A stretch of 64,000 nucleotides of DNA from Candidatus Krumholzibacteriia bacterium (GTDB lineage Bacteria > Krumholzibacteriota > Krumholzibacteriia > Krumholzibacteriales > Krumholzibacteriaceae): positions 504,782-568,781 of the forward strand of contig CAWIIQ010000003.1 in the NCBI GenBank assembly GCA_963836185.1, given 5' to 3'. The position numbers and the translations under genes were made by a program. The notes under the pieces were generated by a model. It did no database searches. It was not told the origin of the DNA and saw nothing but the letters and a program-made list of their open reading frames with translations. Shown here one piece after another: positions 40,531 through 48,846 of this stretch (position 1 is its first letter; every line of letters starts with the position of its first letter).

Positions 40531-41721
40531 TGGATTAGTTAAGACTTAATCGGACAATTGACCTCGAAAGAGAGAGGGTCGTCATGGTACCCTGCTTGTG
40601 ACAACCAACCCATAAGCAGGAGGCAAAACCATGACGACCCAGGACAAGCTTATCAAAGCCAAGCTGAATTTGCTAGAACTAGGTTCCTATCTGGGAAATG
40701 TCAGTGAGGTATGCCGCACGATGGTGTATTCCCGAGACACATTCTACAGGCTGAAAAATCTTTATGATGAAGGTGGTATGGAAGCGCTCAGGGAGATCAG
40801 CCGGCGAAAATCCAATCTCCGAAACAGAGTGCCGGAAGACGTCGAACAAGCTGTAGTGGAGCTGGCTGTAGATAATCCTGCCCTTGGGCAGGTTAGAGTC
40901 GCTGCGGCGCTGGCAAAACGGGGAATAACGATTTCTGTGGCCGGAGTAAGATGCGTATGGCAACGTCATGAGCTGGAGACTATGAAGAAGAGACTGAAAG
41001 CTCTTGAGGCGAAGGTGGCAGAAGAAGGATATGTTCTCACGGAGACTCAGATCCAGGCTCTGGAGAAAGCGAAGCTCGAAAAAGAGGCGCATGGAGAGAT
41101 CGAAACGGAGCATCCCGGGTATCTCGGAGCACAGGACACTTTTTTTGTGGGAACGATGAAAGGTGTTGGACGCATCTATCAGCAGACGTTCATCGACACC
41201 TACAGCAGACACGCTATCTGTAAACTATACGACAAGAAGACATAGCTGACAGCGGCAGACCTGCTTGACGACAGGGTTCTTCCGTTCCATGAAGCAGAAG
41301 AAGTTCCTTTGCTGCGTATTCTGACAGATCGGGGAACCGAGTTCTGTGGTAATCCCGAGCGCCATAGCTACGAGCTGTACCTCGCAATCAGCGATATCGA
41401 TCACACGAAGACGAAAGTGAAAAGCCCCCAGACTAATGGAATATGTGAAAGGTTCCACAAGACGATACTCGACGAGTTCTACAGGATAACCTTCAGGAAA
41501 AAGATATATACGACCATCCAAGAACTGCAGAAGGATCTTGATCAGTGGCTCGAAGAGTACAATTATCACCGGCCACATCAGGGAAAACGTTGCGAAGGAA
41601 GAACACCGTATGAGACAATGACCGAGGGTAGAGCGATCGTCCTCGAAAAATCGATCGCAGCTTGATCTGACAGACACCGTCACAAGTGGGGTGCCTGTCC
41701 GATGGAGTATTAACTTTTACA
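40531..41721 (+). mobile_element. IS481-family insertion sequence
   Basis: 26-bp imperfect terminal IRs (40531-40556, 41696-41721; 20/26 match; right end ..ACA, left end TGG instead of TGT). Confidence 0.85.
40631..41665 (+). pseudogene. IS481 DDE transposase with in-frame TAG at 41243-41245
   Basis: AQDTF, LTDRGTEFCG, QTNGICERF, YNYHRPH; the two ORF halves share a frame. Confidence 0.9.
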
Positions 41722-41775
41722 TGTAAGGCGGACGGAATAAACAGAAGCTACAGGAATCTCAAGAAACGCCTGCTT

Positions 41776-42120
41776 ATGTTGGCCGGGCTTCTCTCCGTAG
41801 GACTGGGAGCAGCCGGCATATTCATCCCCGTGCTTCCGACTACGCCTTTTCTGCTGCTCGCCGCAGCGTGCTTCATGCGTTCCTCGGACGAGCTTCACGC
41901 ATGGATCCTCACCAACAGATGGTTCGGTTTTTACATCAGGAATTATCGGGAGCACAAGGCCATCACGAAGCGAACGAAGACGGTTACGCTCGTACTTCTC
42001 TGGGGCACTATCGGGTACTCGTCCTTCGGTGTCGTCTCTTCCTGGACCCTTCGCACGCTTTTGCTTGTCATAGCTGTCGCAGTTACCGTACATGTACTGA
42101 GTTTCAGAACACTCAGATAA
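41776..42120 (+). CDS. ybaN: YbaN/DUF454 membrane protein (5' end possibly clipped by the IS)
   Basis: GIFIPVLPTTPFLLLAAACF.RSS. Confidence 0.85.
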   Translation: MLAGLLSVGLGAAGIFIPVLPTTPFLLLAAACFMRSSDELHAWILTNRWFGFYIRNYREHKAITKRTKTVTLVLLWGTIGYSSFGVVSSWTLRTLLLVIAVAVTVHVLSFRTLR

Positions 42121-42442
42121 AACCACCTTCCAGACGGGCCGCTCCGGCCCGAAAACTCTATTCCGAAGCCGGGCATCCGATGGTGCCCGAAGACCACAAG
42201 CCGGTGAACGGGCATTTCCATGATCTTTTCCAGGGAAGGGTTTTAATAGAAGAAATCCTTCAGCGCGAAGCGCATACCTTGCGCGCGATCAGCGCGCTGG
42301 GTATGTCGAAGTCGCATGGTTATCGGAATGTGGAGGCCTGCCGGAGTCGTAATCAGCCACTGATCAGCAGGGGGGCACTGCTCTTCTTTAATCTTCGGGG
42401 AGTATCTTTTGCCACCCATCGACTCCCCCTCCAGGCTCCATG

Positions 42443-43468
42443 TCATAGCGTGTTATCATGCATTTCTTTTAGAATCTCCTTCAGGGGAGGTACACCCTCG
42501 AACCACTCCTTTTGTGTGACTTCATTGGTACAGGCACAGTATACTTGTGAAATACCTTTTTTGATTCTTTCAGATAATGGTGGGGGGTCTATTCTGCATA
42601 TCTCTTTCCAGTGCTGCCTGTCCTCGTTCTTTGCTTTTTCAACCGCTTGGTGCCATTCCGTATTGCGATAGAAAACTCGTGCAATTTCTTTGCTGACCGG
42701 ATGTCCATCATAGGTAAACCTGCACTCATCCAGGGTTCCCAGGACATCAACGACCATCAATCGCCTATCCAGATCAAAGCCGAATTCTATCTTTCCATCT
42801 TCGTTCACAAGTCCTATCCTTGAGAATTCTCTGGATATGAGCGCATTGATGGTATTTGTAAGGACCTTTAACTCATCTATCTCATCATCGCTTAATCCTG
42901 ATATCTGTCCTGCCTCGTTCCACCCCATATACCTATCCGTTATCTCTAACTTTGTGGAAACATCCAGGAAAGGAGGTTCCAGTATCTGGCCTTGGACGGG
43001 TGGTTTATTCAGGCCCATGTCTTCAGGTCTTACTGCCCCACTTTCGAGGCGCCTGAAAACGCTGCTGCCCTCAGGCAGGAAATTCCTGTAGATTACCTCA
43101 AGAGGTATCAGGAAACCTCCTCGTTCGCTTTGATATGTCGCATAATCATATCTGTCGTCTTTAAGTTCGGGCATGACCACACGTAACAATTTTATTTCCA
43201 TTGTGGTTACTGGCCTCTTGACATCAGATAGTCTTTTAGCCATTCCATCCTCTACAAGACCGATATATTGTGTGTGGATGCCCATTTCTTCCAGTTTTTC
43301 AAAGAAGTACGCGCCTAAGATAGCAATGGCGGCACCCTTCTTTGAAATATAATCGGGCATCTCGCCCCAATCAAAGATCGAATATCTGTCAGAGAAAACG
43401 AACCGTCCTCTTCCTGTCTTGCCCATTTCGGGCCTTTCTAAGATCTCCAGGTCTTTCACGCTACCCAT
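42443..43468 (-). CDS. purC: SAICAR synthetase, long form
   Basis: GSVKD, FSDRYSIFD, IPLEVIYR, STKLE, DGKIEFG, GTLDECR. Confidence 0.9.
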   Translation of the reverse strand: MGSVKDLEILERPEMGKTGRGRFVFSDRYSIFDWGEMPDYISKKGAAIAILGAYFFEKLEEMGIHTQYIGLVEDGMAKRLSDVKRPVTTMEIKLLRVVMPELKDDRYDYATYQSERGGFLIPLEVIYRNFLPEGSSVFRRLESGAVRPEDMGLNKPPVQGQILEPPFLDVSTKLEITDRYMGWNEAGQISGLSDDEIDELKVLTNTINALISREFSRIGLVNEDGKIEFGFDLDRRLMVVDVLGTLDECRFTYDGHPVSKEIARVFYRNTEWHQAVEKAKNEDRQHWKEICRIDPPPLSERIKKGISQVYCACTNEVTQKEWFEGVPPLKEILKEMHDNTL

Positions 43469-43544
43469 TGCTCATCACCTCTTTATCCTTTCTTTTCAAC
43501 GGTTCCTTCACTTTTTCCTCAGCTAGAGTCGAAGACAAGGAAAA

Positions 43545-43790
43545 TCATACCTCGACTAGTTTCCCTTCCAGCGCCGACTGACACTCGATGCACCGCGCAG
43601 TCTCCGGTAGTGCGTTCAGCCGCGCCTTGGGGATATTCCTTCCGCAATCCACGCAAATGCCGTAGGAACCTTCATCCAGGCGGAACATCGCCTCGCTGGC
43701 TGCACAGGCGCGAAGTTTCGTGTACGTTGTGCTTCGGTCCTCAATCATTTGGAGCAGAATCGCTCTGGGTTTCTTATTTTCCTTCTGCAT
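43545..43790 (-). CDS. Small TraR/DksA C4 zinc-finger protein
   Basis: YGICVDCG..IP.ARL.ALP...RCIECQ; GGAGGTG RBS. Confidence 0.85.
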   Translation of the reverse strand: MQKENKKPRAILLQMIEDRSTTYTKLRACAASEAMFRLDEGSYGICVDCGRNIPKARLNALPETARCIECQSALEGKLVEV

Positions 43791-43911
43791 GGTTACGCAC
43801 CTCCATCGACGGACTTTTTCCTGTCAGTATTTCAACCTTCTTAATTGCCTCTTCGACCTGTTTCCATATAGATACTGGCTGCTCCATTCTCTTTGCATTA
43901 TTCTTCTTCAT
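43774..43911 (-). CDS. Hypothetical 45-aa protein, translationally coupled
   Basis: ATGA overlap with the upstream stop; MKKNNAKRMEQPVSIWKQVEEAIKKVEILTGKSPSMEVRNHAEGK*. Confidence 0.4.
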   Translation of the reverse strand: MKKNNAKRMEQPVSIWKQVEEAIKKVEILTGKSPSMEVRNHAEGK

Positions 43912-44999
43912 TCCGGGTCCCCCAAAGGCACATCCTGGACCTCTTGCTCGTTGAGATCGATAATGTCCCCGGCTATCCTGTAGCGGAGCAGGCAGCCAAC
44001 ACCACCTAGCTGCATTAGCAGGTCGCTCTGGTCGACAATCTCGACTTCACAGCCTGTCTTAGCTGCCAAACGAACCATCTCCTCCCTGACCTCGGAGTCA
44101 TAACCTTCGGCCAGCACCAATACGTCAGCTTGACCGTACTCGAGCGCGCGCAACGTCTCGCGCTCGCCTGACAATCCCAGACCATTGGTTCTGATTTCAC
44201 CATGGAGCGTTTCGACGATGCTGAGGGACTCCCGTTGCTTTTCTTCGATGAAGGCGGACAGTGTCGTTTTCACAACATCCTCTGTCTTGTCCTTACCCGG
44301 GGCAGGAACGATGTCTACCAGGTGTTTTAAAAGCGACTTGGGGAGCCTCGTGCGAATCCTGAGTATGAACCCTGGCTCCCCGGCTAGAATGAGGTGCGTG
44401 AATCCGCCGGCAGACATGCGCTCAGTAAGGATCCCGATCACCTCCTTAAAGAACCGATCCCCTTGCTCGTGCTTGTGCCGAGAATAGTATTGCTTGCTCC
44501 ATTCTCGACCTACCCGCCTCCGCAGCTTTGGTCGCTCCCTCCACACCTGCTCCGTCACTGCACCGAGGTTGACCTCCAGTATGCGTACGTGCTCCGAGGT
44601 ACCCAGCAACACCACATAGCGGCGATAGGTATCCTTAAGTTCCATCAAGTGGTATATATTTGGGGTCGTGTTTATGACGATCCAATCGGGCAAAGGGACG
44701 CGAAACTGCAGCGGGAGGAAAAAAGGTTCTTCGCCCGCGCGCGAAAATAACGCGGCGCCCCTCGCTTCGCCAAGCAGTTCTTTGGCCAAGTACGCTTGGA
44801 TACTACTCAGCGCTTCCTCAACCTGCTGCCTGTCCGCCCTGGTCAGATTCTTCTTGAGAACACCGAGTTTCCGGTGGAATGACTTCGGGTTCTTCAGGCG
44901 CCCCTTGTCGAGCTCCACGTAGCAGCTAACAACGGGAGCGTCCGTTTCTGGTAGTGTTGCCAGATTTCTGACGTGTCTCTTCAAATGTTTCGTTTCCAT
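43908..44999 (-). CDS. Bacterial eRF1/aRF1-like (baeRF) protein
   Basis: Middle domain YVVLL..RIL, HLILAG; eRF1 domain-3-like ETLRALEYGQADVLVL...GGVGCLLRY; AAAGGAG RBS. Confidence 0.8.
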   Translation of the reverse strand: METKHLKRHVRNLATLPETDAPVVSCYVELDKGRLKNPKSFHRKLGVLKKNLTRADRQQVEEALSSIQAYLAKELLGEARGAALFSRAGEEPFFLPLQFRVPLPDWIVINTTPNIYHLMELKDTYRRYVVLLGTSEHVRILEVNLGAVTEQVWRERPKLRRRVGREWSKQYYSRHKHEQGDRFFKEVIGILTERMSAGGFTHLILAGEPGFILRIRTRLPKSLLKHLVDIVPAPGKDKTEDVVKTTLSAFIEEKQRESLSIVETLHGEIRTNGLGLSGERETLRALEYGQADVLVLAEGYDSEVREEMVRLAAKTGCEVEIVDQSDLLMQLGGVGCLLRYRIAGDIIDLNEQEVQDVPLGDPE

Positions 45000-45065
45000 C
45001 GATTCTCTCCTTTGGCTCTGTCATGACAGGATGCTGCAAATGTGCAAAGTACGGGTAACGACCTG

Positions 45066-45248
45066 TCAGACCAAAGGGGCACCTTTCGATTGGATGGACC
45101 GTATTACTATCTGTATGGTTCTGAGCGCTTCCAGATCGAGGTTGCACTCCGGGCAGGAAAAGAGATGTTCCTCGAACCACACCTTTTCCGTAGGTTCCAA
45201 TTCGTTGTCGAAGTAGGCACTTGCGAGAACGCCCCATTGGCATGACAC
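45066..45248 (-). CDS. Stand-alone zf-HC2 (anti-sigma-type zinc finger) mini-protein
   Basis: C...SAYFDNEL...EEHLFSCPEC (HxxxCxxC); AGGAGG RBS before GTG 45248. Confidence 0.7.
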   Translation of the reverse strand: MSCQWGVLASAYFDNELEPTEKVWFEEHLFSCPECNLDLEALRTIQIVIRSIQSKGAPLV

Positions 45249-45338
45249 GGCTTCCTCCTGTGAGCACCGATTGGTTATTTCGTTCACCGGTTAATATACT
45301 CCCACTAGTATCATAGGTTTCATAGATAATATGGTTTG

Positions 45339-45361
45339 ATACATAGTTATAATCTATGTAT
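45339..45361. promoter_or_regulatory. LysR-type operator
   Basis: ATACATAG-ttataat-CTATGTAT perfect 8-bp arms containing T-N11-A, between divergent genes. Confidence 0.75.
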
Positions 45362-45370
45362 GCTTGTAAC

Positions 45371-46270
45371 ATGAACAGATTGAACTATAATCATCTCTAC
45401 TACTTCTGGATGGTGGCAAAAGAGCAAACTATCGCGGCTGCCTGCAAGGAACTCCATCTAGCACAACCCACGATTTCTGCTCAGTTGCGGGTACTCGAAG
45501 AAACGATCGGCACTAAATTGTTCAAGCGCGCGGGGCGTTATCTACTTCTCACGGATACGGGGCGAACCGTATATCGATACGCGGACAGTATGTTTGCTCT
45601 GGGTCAGGAACTTACAGGCGCGTTAGAGTCAGGGCGAGGCAGTAGTCGCGAACGGATTAAGGTCGGCATAGCAGACGTCCTTCCGAAGTTGGTTGTGTTT
45701 CGACTGCTCGAACAGATCTCTGCTTTTGATGATTTTGTGCGACTAGTCTGTCATGAGGCGCCGGCAACGGAGTTGCTCGGCAGATTGGCAACCCGAGAAT
45801 TGGACCTGGTCTTGTCCGACAGCCCAATAGGGCCAGAAGTTAGTCTGCGCGCTTTCAGTCACCTGCTGGGAAAATGCGGCGTTTCGATCATGGGGACCAA
45901 GGATCTGGTCACAGTCCATCGTCGTCGCGCATTTCCAAGCTCGCTCGACGGAGCCCCATTCCTGCTGCCCACGAGGAATACGACGCTGCGAGAGGCGCTT
46001 GAGGAATGGTTCGATTCGGAGAAAATCCATCCATCGGTTGTAGCGGAAATTTCTGACAGCGCACTGCTCAAGGTGTTCGGGCAAGCTGGCACGGGACTGT
46101 TTGCTGTACCCGACATTGTCGAGCAGGATGTTATGCGTCAGTACCGAGTGCGGGTGTTGGGCCGTGTACTGTCCATCGAAGAACGATTTTATGCGATTAC
46201 CATCGAAAAGAAGCCGAAACACCGCGCTGTAGCCGCGATTACTAACGCTGGCAGTGAGTTTTTCCGATAA
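45371..46270 (+). CDS. NhaR-like LysR transcriptional regulator
   Basis: LNYNHLYYFW, QPTISAQL, VGIADVLPK, DSALLKVFG. Confidence 0.9.
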   Translation: MNRLNYNHLYYFWMVAKEQTIAAACKELHLAQPTISAQLRVLEETIGTKLFKRAGRYLLLTDTGRTVYRYADSMFALGQELTGALESGRGSSRERIKVGIADVLPKLVVFRLLEQISAFDDFVRLVCHEAPATELLGRLATRELDLVLSDSPIGPEVSLRAFSHLLGKCGVSIMGTKDLVTVHRRRAFPSSLDGAPFLLPTRNTTLREALEEWFDSEKIHPSVVAEISDSALLKVFGQAGTGLFAVPDIVEQDVMRQYRVRVLGRVLSIEERFYAITIEKKPKHRAVAAITNAGSEFFR

Positions 46271-46402
46271 CTGATCTGTCCCTTCTGAAGATTATATCCG
46301 CGTGTTTGGCGAAGCGTCTTCTAGCTTATAAAACAGTGAGACTGATGGTGTTTCTATTAATCCCCGCCGAACTGGTCCGATAAACGCATATTCCAAAGAG
46401 CG

Positions 46403-46497
46403 TAAGCTTCCCTGAAAAAAGGACCACTTGAAAGTAGAACTTTCTGGCATACTCAGGCTAGGAGGTTCAGATGAAAAAGTCGAGGTTCAGCGAGAGC
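46403..46497 (+). mobile_element. Left-end stub of an IS3-family element
   Basis: GGAGG RBS and ATG 46471 MKKSRFSES (typical IS3/IS407-group OrfA start), after which the sequence switches to integrase antisense. Confidence 0.6.
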
Positions 46498-46761
46498 AAT
46501 AGCCATGGGGTCGTGTCCGAGAGAGACCTGCGCTAGAATCTGTATCGCTTTCTTCCTGGCATCGATCGTAGTGATCTCATCGCTGCGTCCGATGGTGTAA
46601 CGCCTGACCTTGTAAGTTCGGGTCCGGTAGCTGACGAAGTAGGAGCGTGCCCCCGAGGGTTTTACTCTAACGCCGAAGCCAATAACTTTGTCATCCCATG
46701 TCCTGTAATCGCGATCTCTCGGCTTCAATCCTTCTACGACCTTTTTCGTTAATTTCGGCAT
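46453..46761 (-). pseudogene. Truncated tyrosine integrase (arm-DNA-binding domain only)
   Basis: LTKKVVE..WD...GFGVRVKPSG..SY...YTIG...ARKKA...GHDP; catalytic domain absent. Confidence 0.85.
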
Positions 46762-46799
46762 CCAAATCAGCTCCTGACAGGCGATCTCAAGAAATATCC

Positions 46800-46820
46800 G
46801 GGGCACCACGGGGGCACCAC
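46800..46820. repeat. Tandem GGGGCACCAC, candidate integrase arm sites
   Basis: Two copies with 11-bp period between the integrase start and att. Confidence 0.55.
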
Positions 46821-46951
46821 TAATGCATCGTTATAGTCATGGTCGCGTGGATTTCTGGGATAGTCAAGTCGCTATAACCTTTTATTACGCCTTATGTTGC
46901 GTATAATCCGGTTCCTGTCAGGTAATTTCAAAGAATTATTGGATCCGATGT

Positions 46952-47021
46952 TTTACACGCAGGGGGTCACTGGTTCGAGTCCAGTATTGCCCACCATTTT
47001 ACTTCAAATACATCAAAGGGA
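46952..47021 (+). repeat. att site copy 2 (tRNA-Val 3' fragment)
   Basis: Identical to 40308-40377; lacks the tRNA 5' half. Confidence 0.95.
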
Positions 47022-47087
47022 CACAGGATCAGGTCACCAGCCGACCCATTCTCATCGACCGGTCTTCTGACTGTCGGCAGCGGGTGC

Positions 47088-47747
47088 TCACTTTCCTGGA
47101 TACCCGACTGTCTGGGCGAGAATCACCGCCTGGTCCGTCCGCAGCTCCATCGCCTTCGCCAGGGCTTCGCGGTCGACGGCGCCGCGCACCACTGTCGCCA
47201 GGCCCGAGGAAGCGCAGTACAGGTAGACGTTCTGGCTGATGAATCCCGTGTCTGTCGCCCCGTAGAATTTCTTTATATCCGCTTCCGCATCTCCCATGCG
47301 GGCGTAATCGGCTACGAAGACGAGGTTCACCGGCGCCGCTGCGGCGAAATCCTGCCGCCCCGTGACGGCGCGGATGTCGCCGGCCAGAACGGGGAGCAGA
47401 GCGTGATCATTCGGGTCATAGAGATACAGGCCTTCCGCCATGGCTACATAGACGTCGATCTCCTGGAGGTTGCGTGCCGTCGGCGCGGTGCGCTTTCCCG
47501 ATTCGGGCCGGTTGATCCCCGTAGCGGCCCAGAGCAGGTCGGAAAGGACCTGCTCTGGGAGCTCTCTGTCGGCGAACGAGCGCGAGGTCGACCTCAGGGC
47601 GAGCGCCTGCATGAGGGGCATGCCGCCCTGCTTGTCGGGGGCCGGGAGAACGATTCGCTGCATCTCCTGTGCTCCGGCGGCGGAGCAGAGCAGCAGTGTC
47701 AGGGCGATGCTTGCAATACGGGCGGTATTTGGAGAAGAGAATCTCAT
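47088..47747 (-). CDS. Exported nitroreductase-family (SagB/ThcOx-like) protein
   Basis: Signal peptide; LSDLLWAA.G, RTAPTA.N, QNVYL, QTVGYP; AGGAGG RBS. Confidence 0.88.
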   Translation of the reverse strand: MRFSSPNTARIASIALTLLLCSAAGAQEMQRIVLPAPDKQGGMPLMQALALRSTSRSFADRELPEQVLSDLLWAATGINRPESGKRTAPTARNLQEIDVYVAMAEGLYLYDPNDHALLPVLAGDIRAVTGRQDFAAAAPVNLVFVADYARMGDAEADIKKFYGATDTGFISQNVYLYCASSGLATVVRGAVDREALAKAMELRTDQAVILAQTVGYPGK

Positions 47748-47999
47748 GCTGTTCCTCCTGTGTTCATGGATGTCGGGGTTCTGTCCGGAGAAGGATACCA
47801 CGTAGACGCACGCCTGTAATAGAACAACTGAAGTCCAGTCGAGGGCGCTGGTTCCACCTGGTCCGGCCAGGCCCTGGGGGGATCGATGAATATTTTCATT
47901 GTACGTCATATCCGGCGATCTTACGATAAACGGCAGAACAAAATGATGGCCCCGTTATCCTTGACACAGCCATACAGGAAGGTATGCAGACGTGGATCC

Positions 48000-48707
48000 A
48001 TGGTGAAAAGAATAGTCCTGCTCAGGCACGGGGAAAGCCTGTGGAACAGGGACGGCCTGTTCACGGGATGGACCGACATCGACCTTTCGGAGAAAGGGAT
48101 CTCTGAGGCACATGAAGCCGGGAAGGTGCTGAAGGCGGAAGGCTATTCCTTTGACATCGCGTTCACCTCGGTCCTCAGCAGGGCGATAAGGACCCTGTGG
48201 ATCGTGCTCGACGAACTCGGCCTGATGTGGATCCCCATCATGCATTCGTGGCGCCTGAACGAAAGGCATTACGGCGCATTGCAGGGTGGCAGCAAGGCAG
48301 AGACAGCAGAGAAATACGGCGAGTCCCAGCTTCAACAGTGGCGCAGAAGCTGGGCAGTGAAACCTCCGCCTCTTGAGAGAACGGACCCCCGGTTCCCGGG
48401 ACACGATCCGCGCTACGGCAATCTCGATGAAATCGAGCTGCCTGTCGCCGAGTCCCTGGAGGACACCTGCGAGAGGGTCCTGCCGTACTGGAGGACCTTC
48501 GTCGTGCCGGCCATAAAAGAGGGGAAGAATGTACTTATCGCCGCTCACGGCAACAGCCTCAGGGCCCTGGTCAAGTACCTCGATGATATCTCCGACGCGG
48601 ACATAGCCTTGCTTGAGATCCCGACCGGGGTGCCGCTTGTGTACGAGCTGGACGGAGATCTGGGACCTGTCCGGCATTACTATCTCGACGGGCACGGTCA
48701 TCCCTGA
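48000..48707 (+). CDS. gpmA: 2,3-BPG-dependent phosphoglycerate mutase
   Basis: [28 protein letters not shown]. Confidence 0.96.
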   Translation: MVKRIVLLRHGESLWNRDGLFTGWTDIDLSEKGISEAHEAGKVLKAEGYSFDIAFTSVLSRAIRTLWIVLDELGLMWIPIMHSWRLNERHYGALQGGSKAETAEKYGESQLQQWRRSWAVKPPPLERTDPRFPGHDPRYGNLDEIELPVAESLEDTCERVLPYWRTFVVPAIKEGKNVLIAAHGNSLRALVKYLDDISDADIALLEIPTGVPLVYELDGDLGPVRHYYLDGHGHP

Positions 48708-48846
48708 ACCGGACCTTCCATTTGACGGCTCAGTATTATTAAAGATGTTCGCGGCAGGTAATGCCCCGCCTGCTTTCCCGCATTATCCTGTAGTTCCGGT
48801 CTGAGTTCTGGTACACTGTCAATCGGTCAATTAACCGGGGGATCAC

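Larger units (their letters stand above)
40308..47021. mobile_element. Decayed genomic island integrated at tRNA-Val
   Basis: 70-bp exact direct repeat at both ends, integrase remnant next to the distal copy, IS remnants, visibly AT-richer cargo. Confidence 0.9.

Noticed and set aside
42120-42440. Extra CDS between ybaN and purC
   Set aside because: No convincing start or recognisable motif in either direction; treated as a junction remnant
46952-46996. Second tRNA-Val gene
   Set aside because: Only the anticodon loop to CCA is present; no 5' acceptor strand or D-arm, so it is an att copy
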